Source: Coniocarpon cinnabarinum (taxonomy: Eukaryota). From it: DNA of 64,000 bases. A program made the translations under genes and the position numbers. The DNA is taken from positions 1-64,000 of the forward strand of contig JAVECO010000121.1 in the NCBI GenBank assembly GCA_051942205.1. The letters are read 5' to 3'. The notes beneath the pieces were generated by a model that saw nothing but the letters and a program-made list of their open reading frames with translations, was not told where the DNA came from and searched no databases. Of this stretch, positions 57,990-64,000 are shown one piece after another (within the stretch, counting starts at the first letter, position 1; the number at the start of each line of letters is the position of its first letter).

Positions 57990-59663
57990 TCAGGTCACTC
58001 GCAAATTAAGCATGATTGGCTTAAACTTAGTCCCAACTTCGCACTTGGGACAACGAGAGCCACTTCTCTCTGCCATGTTTTGGAGAACCTCTGCACACAT
58101 GCGGCATAGCCCACAAATGCACTCAGTGCAAGCGAAGCTTTGCTGTACGGGTGTGATCTTATGACACGCTGCACAGTAATGCTGCACGCTGTGTGTCGGA
58201 GGCTGTTGCATGACAGCTCCCTGCGTAGGAAACGTTGGTTGTGAGAACGAATGGCCATGGAGGTGACGTGCATAAGACGCCGCGGTCGAGGACAGATCGT
58301 TGGGAGAAGAGGATAGACCCGACTGTGGAATATGGAAATTGGAGCTCGATGATGATTGCGGCTGGTGAGCGCGAGGATTATAACCAAATGCATTCGATAG
58401 CGAAGAGTCCGCGGAGGAGTTATGATGATGCTGATAAGCTGACTGTGGATTCACATGGCTGTAATCTGACGACTCCACAGAGGGAAACGCCTCGAGGGAT
58501 GGCTCGCCAAAGCCGCCAGGGTCTCCACCAGGTTCATCGGGTGATTGCTGTAAGATAGTCTGTCCCAAGGGCGACGTATTGTAAGAATGATACTGGGTAT
58601 GGTTAGGTCCCTGATAGGGAGGTATAGACCCTCGAGGCGAGGTTGGCATTGGTGTCAAATCCCTGCTTTCCTCTTCTGTCGCTGACGCAGCCGCGTCCAA
58701 CAGCTCTTCCCACTTGTTGCCCGGCCCAATAGATCCCATTTTCCGTCCACTGCTAAGCCGCTTTTCTTCTTTCGATCTTTGACGCTCATGCTTGGGCTTG
58801 CGTGCATGCTCGACAACTGAAGGTTTCCTCGAACGATTGCCTTTGTGGCGACCAAACGCTGATCCAAGGCCACGAGGACTATCACCCGGTGGGAAATCTG
58901 CCGGCATAAGATTGTTGTGTCGAGAAGGATCATTCAGTGAGGGGTGGGTGTTCGCGAACAAGCTTTGTGGTTCCGCTCCGGCAAAATAGTTGGAGAATTG
59001 TGGGTCATGATCTGGGTCATGAAAGCCGTCCTATAAGATGGTGCGCGTAAGTCTCGTTTCCACATGGGGTTGAGAGAGTCTTACTCGATCTGCATCCCAT
59101 TCGGCTTCGGCCGGTCTTGAGTTGTGCAGTTGAGCTAAAGCAGCGGCAGCATTGGCCGCTGGAACGAATGACGGCCGTCTTATGTGATCAGTGTGGGGCA
59201 TGTGCTGTGCTGCGCCGGTGTGATCGTAAAACGCGGACGGGCCAGAAAGAAAATCTACACATGAGTCAACACTGTGGAAAGCGCCGTCCCTCTCAACATC
59301 TCACGAACTGTTTGTGCCGTACTGTTGGGGAGTCGTCTGATTTTGAGGTCGATCCTTGGGATCCGTGTTCACCATGAGATTGAAGCTTTCTTCCGTCGCC
59401 GGCAGCTTGGAGATGTAGTTGTCCGGGTGCGCTCGCCGTATGTGCTCCTGCATAGAGCGATAACGCTTTTCCTGGGAAATCACATGCCTGATCAGCTTTG
59501 CAGCTCTCGGGCCAGAAAAGGATCGTTTTTGCGCTCGAACACTCACCCCGAAACAGCGTTTCCTGCACAGAGTGCCGTCATTGTTCTTGAGAGGACATAC
59601 AACCTCGTTCTGCTCATTCGCCGAGGTCGCGAATGAGCCAGTGAGAGAGGAGCGCTGAGGCAT
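57990..59663 (-). CDS. Conserved-looking fungal zinc-finger protein (N-terminal C2H2-like, C-terminal RING-like Cys cluster); multi-exon
   Basis: Spliced VVCPLKNNDGTLCRKRCFG|EKRYRSMQEHIRRAH, WEELLDAAASATE, and C-terminal CAAC...CTECICGLCRMC...CPKC. Confidence 0.75.
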
Positions 59664-60988
59664 GTCCGGGCAGCAAGCTCGCAGCGGAAGTGGACGTGAG
59701 GTCAGCCAGCAACATGAGTCCCTTCCCCCAAAGAGGAAATCGAGGGGGCTCTATACGGTAGCTGGAGGTACGCCCACGCGGGTGACTACAGCCGATTGGA
59801 GCGAGCTTCTGGGGAATGGGCGCAGGATGCAGCATTCAAGCAACAAGCTCGGACGGGTTTGCTTGAAGTGCTAGGTGGGCGCAGAGGTGGGGAGGTGAGA
59901 GGGTGGGTCAAAATGGAGGGGCGGAGCAACGAGGACGAGCGTCGAGCGGGAGCGTTAAGGTTTCCGTGAGAATGGTGATGTGCATCTGAGAAGCGCTGGC
60001 GGCGGCTAAAGGGTGATCCACACACACACAGCGAGGGAGACAGAGAGGGTCTTCCAGGCCGGTCGACGTGACTTTGGGCCAGGCTAGGCGCACCAGTGCC
60101 GGAGCTTGGGAGCTGGCGCCAGGCGGGTATTAGAGAGCAATGAGGTGACTGCGTACAATCGGCCGTGAGTCGTGACGCGACGGGGAGAGACAGGAGCTGC
60201 TGGTGGTGGTGGTGGTGGTGTCCGCGCGAGGAGGAACAGCGAGACAAGGCGAGACGCGCGATGGCGGGGAGAGGAGCAAACAGACGACAGGGTTGCGCAG
60301 TTCGAGGCCAGCTCGAGAACGAGAAAGAGGGGGGAGAGAGAGAGACGTGAGGATTGAGGTAGTATCTATCCCACGCTGCTCAGCCCACCCGTGGGAGTCA
60401 CCACTGACGTCGGGCACTCGTCCGTGGTGCTCTAGCGGCGTAGATGGTGCACGAGCCGAGTGTGCGTGAGTGTGGGTGTGTGGATGTAGGTGTGGGTTTC
60501 GATGGCGTGGTGGCCGTGCGGTGGGCGAAGGCGCAGAGAGAGGACTGGAATGTGGAATGAATGGAAAGCTGCCAGAAGCGGGGTCAGGCCTGAAATGCTT
60601 CCGAGCGCCGAGAACGGTAAAGGTCGGCGCTTGTCACGTGCTGAGGGTCCTCTTCGCGCTCCATGTGTACACCCGCAGCACGTGCCGAAAGGCATTCACA
60701 TATGAAGCTTCGGACACCCATCACGAGTGGTCAACGTTGCTCTAACTGGAGAGATACTGCCGCATTCAGATCGTCAACATTCGAAAGGAGTTTCCATCGA
60801 GCATCCATGTCATGCGCCCGTCGACACACAGAATCAACAAGTCCAGATTACCGTCGCACTGTCCAAGCCATGTCAATCCTTACCAGTTCCTGAGCCCAAC
60901 CATGATCCCTCAAGCGAACAGCGTCCCATGATGCTCCTTAGACTTCCCACAAATCCCGCACAGTTCGATCGACCCGGCTAGGCCTGTC

Positions 60989-62468
60989 TTACATCACATA
61001 CAGCAGATTCGTGTCTAGGAAAAGGTCAATACCACTCCCCATAGGACACAAGAGCAGGGGGACTCACTCAGTGGGTGACTGGAGCTCAATTGGGGCTTCT
61101 GGCTGTATTTGCCCTCGAGCTCATCGCGAATGCTGTTGAGTAGCTGCACGTAGCTCTGCTGAGGGTTCTTCTTCAACGAAGTGATGAACGCGTACGACAT
61201 GGCCCCGGTAGCTTGTCCCGCAATCGACGCGTCAGCACTAGTCTGAGTATCTTTGCTGCCAGACCACATGATGACATCTGCAGGTGATGTCTTTGTCGCC
61301 AGGTTGCGCTTGTAGGTGTCTTCGCCCTTGAAGGCCTTTTTGGCAAATCCCGTAAGCTGTGACGCAATGCCGCCGAGGTCGCCCTGTGCGTAGGACGAAA
61401 CAATTCCCAGCAAACCCTGGCCCGCTTCTTTGGCCAAGTTGGGCTCTTTGAGCACGCCTTGCGTACTGTAGATGTACGGCAAGTCCAATGCCGATCCCGA
61501 GTGACACGAATCGAATATCGCTGTTAATCGGACACCAGGCGCTAAGGGCTTCACGAGAGTGCTGTGTAAATCGTCGTCAACGATATGGCCGACTTGCCTG
61601 AAGTCCACGGGGTATATAACTTCGTCATATCCATCTTCCTCGTCACCGTCCAGGTCTTTGGTCTGACCGCCGTGCCCTGCAACAAACGTTAGCGCAGCAT
61701 TCACATTGACTCGAGGCTGGACGGACCGGAATAGTGGAAAAATAGAGAATCGTTCGGTCGCGCGTCCTTTACCAACCAGTGCATTGCTCGAATGATGTTT
61801 GCCTTTGTTGGCTGGCTCATAGGATCACGCCTGTCGTCACACAAGATCACCATGTCTTCTCTTCTGTAGCCAAAATGTCCGTTCAAATATTCCGACATGT
61901 TCTTAACGTCGTTGATGCAGCCCTTCAGCTGGCCACGTTGGCCAAAGTAGTTGATTCCGATCAGTAAAGCCTTTCTCTTGCCGGTACAAGCCGAGTACTG
62001 GAACTGATAACCCTGCGGCGCGCCTGCACCAAAATTCTGCATTTGCTGTGGTGGTGGTGGAGGTGCCTGAGGCTGACCATAGCCATATCCGTTGCCGTAT
62101 TGTTGAGGAGGGGGAGGTTGTGGCGGCCCACTGTTTCGCGGAGGGTAGTTATTCGGTGGTGGATAACCATACTGCGGCGCCGGTGGAGGGGCCTGAGGCC
62201 AATGAGCCAAAGTTTCTTCTGTCTTGTTCACAAGAACATACCTGCGGGGGATAGCCTCCGTACTGAGGTGGAGGGGGCGGCGCGTTGTAGCCATAGCCAG
62301 GCTGAGGGGATGGGGATCCGTAGTACGGTTGCTGAGGCCTGATTATCGTATGAGCAAGATACCAAAGTATGGAGTGATTTCAATCCAAGCATACGGATAG
62401 CCGCCCTGCGGTGGATACGGTGAATGTGACTGTCCGCCGTTGTAGCCTTGCCCGGGATAGTATGACAT
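60989..62468 (-). CDS. MCA1: Metacaspase (type I); multi-exon
   Basis: Pro/Gln/Tyr-rich prodomain, [22 protein letters not shown], catalytic HYSG|HG and FDSCHSG, and [19 protein letters not shown]. Confidence 0.96.
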
Positions 62469-63455
62469 TTTCTCAGCAAATTAGTGACAAGCCTCTCAGA
62501 ACTCGGACAGATCGAGCGCAATTTTGGAAGCTATATCGCAGAGAGGAACTGGCTTGTGTCGTTGAGAAGTCTTGGGTTGCCTTGGCAGTGAACAATGCGA
62601 TCAAAGAAGACAGCCTGCAGGCCGACTTGCCGCCAGACCTTTCTAAAGCGGGGCACAGAGCATGGGCGAGACAATGGCGATTTCGCTCACGCGTTTCAAG
62701 TAGTGTATGCGATGAGTGAAGCTGGAAGCGCACGAAACCTGAGCAGGCGAGTCTGAATGTTGCTTGGAGAATAAGACAGGTGGATGCAATGTTCAACAGG
62801 AGCGACACCGCATGGAAGAGTGATTTGGAAGACAGAAGATCCGTGCACTCAGCCGCGCCAATGATGACGATTTGCTACTACGCCATACGCGCTATTGCAG
62901 GCGCAACTGCCACTCCAAAACCTCTTGGCAGATTCTGCGGACGCGCAACGCTTCAAAATTCAGGTAGATTCATGCAAGAGTCTGCGAAGCAATCTACGAA
63001 CGATAGGGTCTTCGATATGTTGCATGATCACGCCGCCCGTGCCACAGGCAGTCGCGCCTGAGGCTAGTCCATGTGCACCAGGTTGTGGAGGAGAGACGTC
63101 TGTTGCTCCTTCGGACACTCTGGCGCAACTCCACCTGGGCACCCTAGCCCGATGCGCTAAGATTTTTGGAGCAGGGTAATGGGGTAATGCACCACCTCAT
63201 GATGGGCATGAGATACTGTGCTTTGATGCACCCATTGTGCAATATCTTCCATTGTCAACTGCAGACAGATTGCCCTGGCAGCGCTCAGAGAAGCAACAAG
63301 TCTGGGCTGGGGCCTGCAGAAGACCGAGTAAAGGGCCAAAAATTCCCACTTATCTATGTCCTGGTGAAGCTGGGACTTGCTACCAAACTGGCGTCATGCA
63401 AACTAAGCATCTCGGAGGTCTTCGTCATCTCTGTCGCGTTGCGACCTTTGCCATT

Positions 63456-64000
63456 TCAAGGTTTCGGCACTTTAAGCGTTTTGGAGCACATTAAACACCC
63501 GTGGACGACGAACAGTCCCACCGCGGCGTGGAATTCGAACGGAGATCCCGAAGCTACTAGGCCCAGTGGTAACTTGTCCAAGATACTGCCTTGACTGACC
63601 CAATATGCCATTAAAGCCGCGATCGACAACGAGGTTGGTGCCGGAGTTCCTTCGAAATACTTGGATTTGCCGGTCTTGTCCTTAGGCAGCTGCGACACTG
63701 TAACGTTAAAACGAGCGAGTCTCAAGAGAGCGCATATGACAAAGTATGTTAGGCATATCTGGTCGACGGGCGTGCGCATGCCAATCGCAAACGCTGCGGC
63801 GGCTGGCGATGCGCCAAAAGATATCTGTGACATGTCAGTGCACGGGGTCTTTTCTGTCTTGCTCTCTGGAACAGTAATACCAGATCTGCCAGCGAATCGA
63901 GCTCTTGACCCATGAGTGAAGCCTTGCCCCTCCATCTTGCAACTTTCCCGTCGAAGAAGTCGAAGAATAGCCCAAACGGCATGAACGCGAGTGCTAGCCA
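63456..64000 (-). CDS. CHO1: CDP-diacylglycerol--serine O-phosphatidyltransferase (phosphatidylserine synthase); 5' part beyond the window end
   Basis: CDP-alcohol phosphotransferase motif [26 protein letters not shown], then ISFG, RLARFNV, KSKYFEG and [11 protein letters not shown]. Confidence 0.94.
   Translation of the reverse strand, partial: ASTRVHAVWAILRLLRRESCKMEGQGFTHGSRARFAGRSGITVPESKTEKTPCTDMSQISFGASPAAAAFAIGMRTPVDQICLTYFVICALLRLARFNVTVSQLPKDKTGKSKYFEGTPAPTSLSIAALMAYWVSQGSILDKLPLGLVASGSPFEFHAAVGLFVVHGCLMCSKTLKVPKP

Noticed and set aside
1..64000. tRNA, rRNA, snoRNA or TPP riboswitch
   Set aside because: No convincing cloverleaf, box C/D pair or TPP aptamer seen by eye. tRNAscan-SE and Infernal/Rfam would be needed to exclude them.

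Overview
Filamentous ascomycete (Pezizomycotina) genomic DNA, judged from short GT-AG introns with CTRAC/CTAAC branch sites, fungal gene families and repeat-induced point mutation (RIP). Bases 1 to ~5230 are AT-rich and heavily RIP-mutated. They contain the pol region (PR-RT-RH-IN-chromodomain), polypurine tract and 3' LTR of a Ty3/Gypsy chromovirus, followed by another RIPed repeat. The remainder is gene-dense euchromatin with about 20 genes: MFS transporter, GGA adaptor, Mto1/ApsB, amidohydrolase-2 decarboxylase, App1-like phosphatase, pyruvate decarboxylase, Bck1 MAPKKK, PTH11-like membrane protein, GH95, hypothetical protein, Efm5, Slm1-like, GH47, O-methyltransferase, Wss1-like WLM protease, a secreted His1 protein, a Zn2Cys6 transcription factor, a zinc-finger protein, metacaspase and partial CHO1. 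Three observations stand out. (1) Between integrase and the 3' LTR, the retrotransposon carries an antisense, intron-containing gene; once RIP changes are reverted it encodes an exact C-x2-C-x6-C-x8-C-x2-C-x6-C Zn(II)2Cys6 cluster plus a coiled coil. (2) A secreted protein has a full putative copper histidine-brace (LPMO-like) signature that I cannot place in a named AA family. (3) Three ~55-bp direct repeats, each with two internal palindromes, lie upstream of that gene. Exon boundaries were read by eye and no database searches were run.
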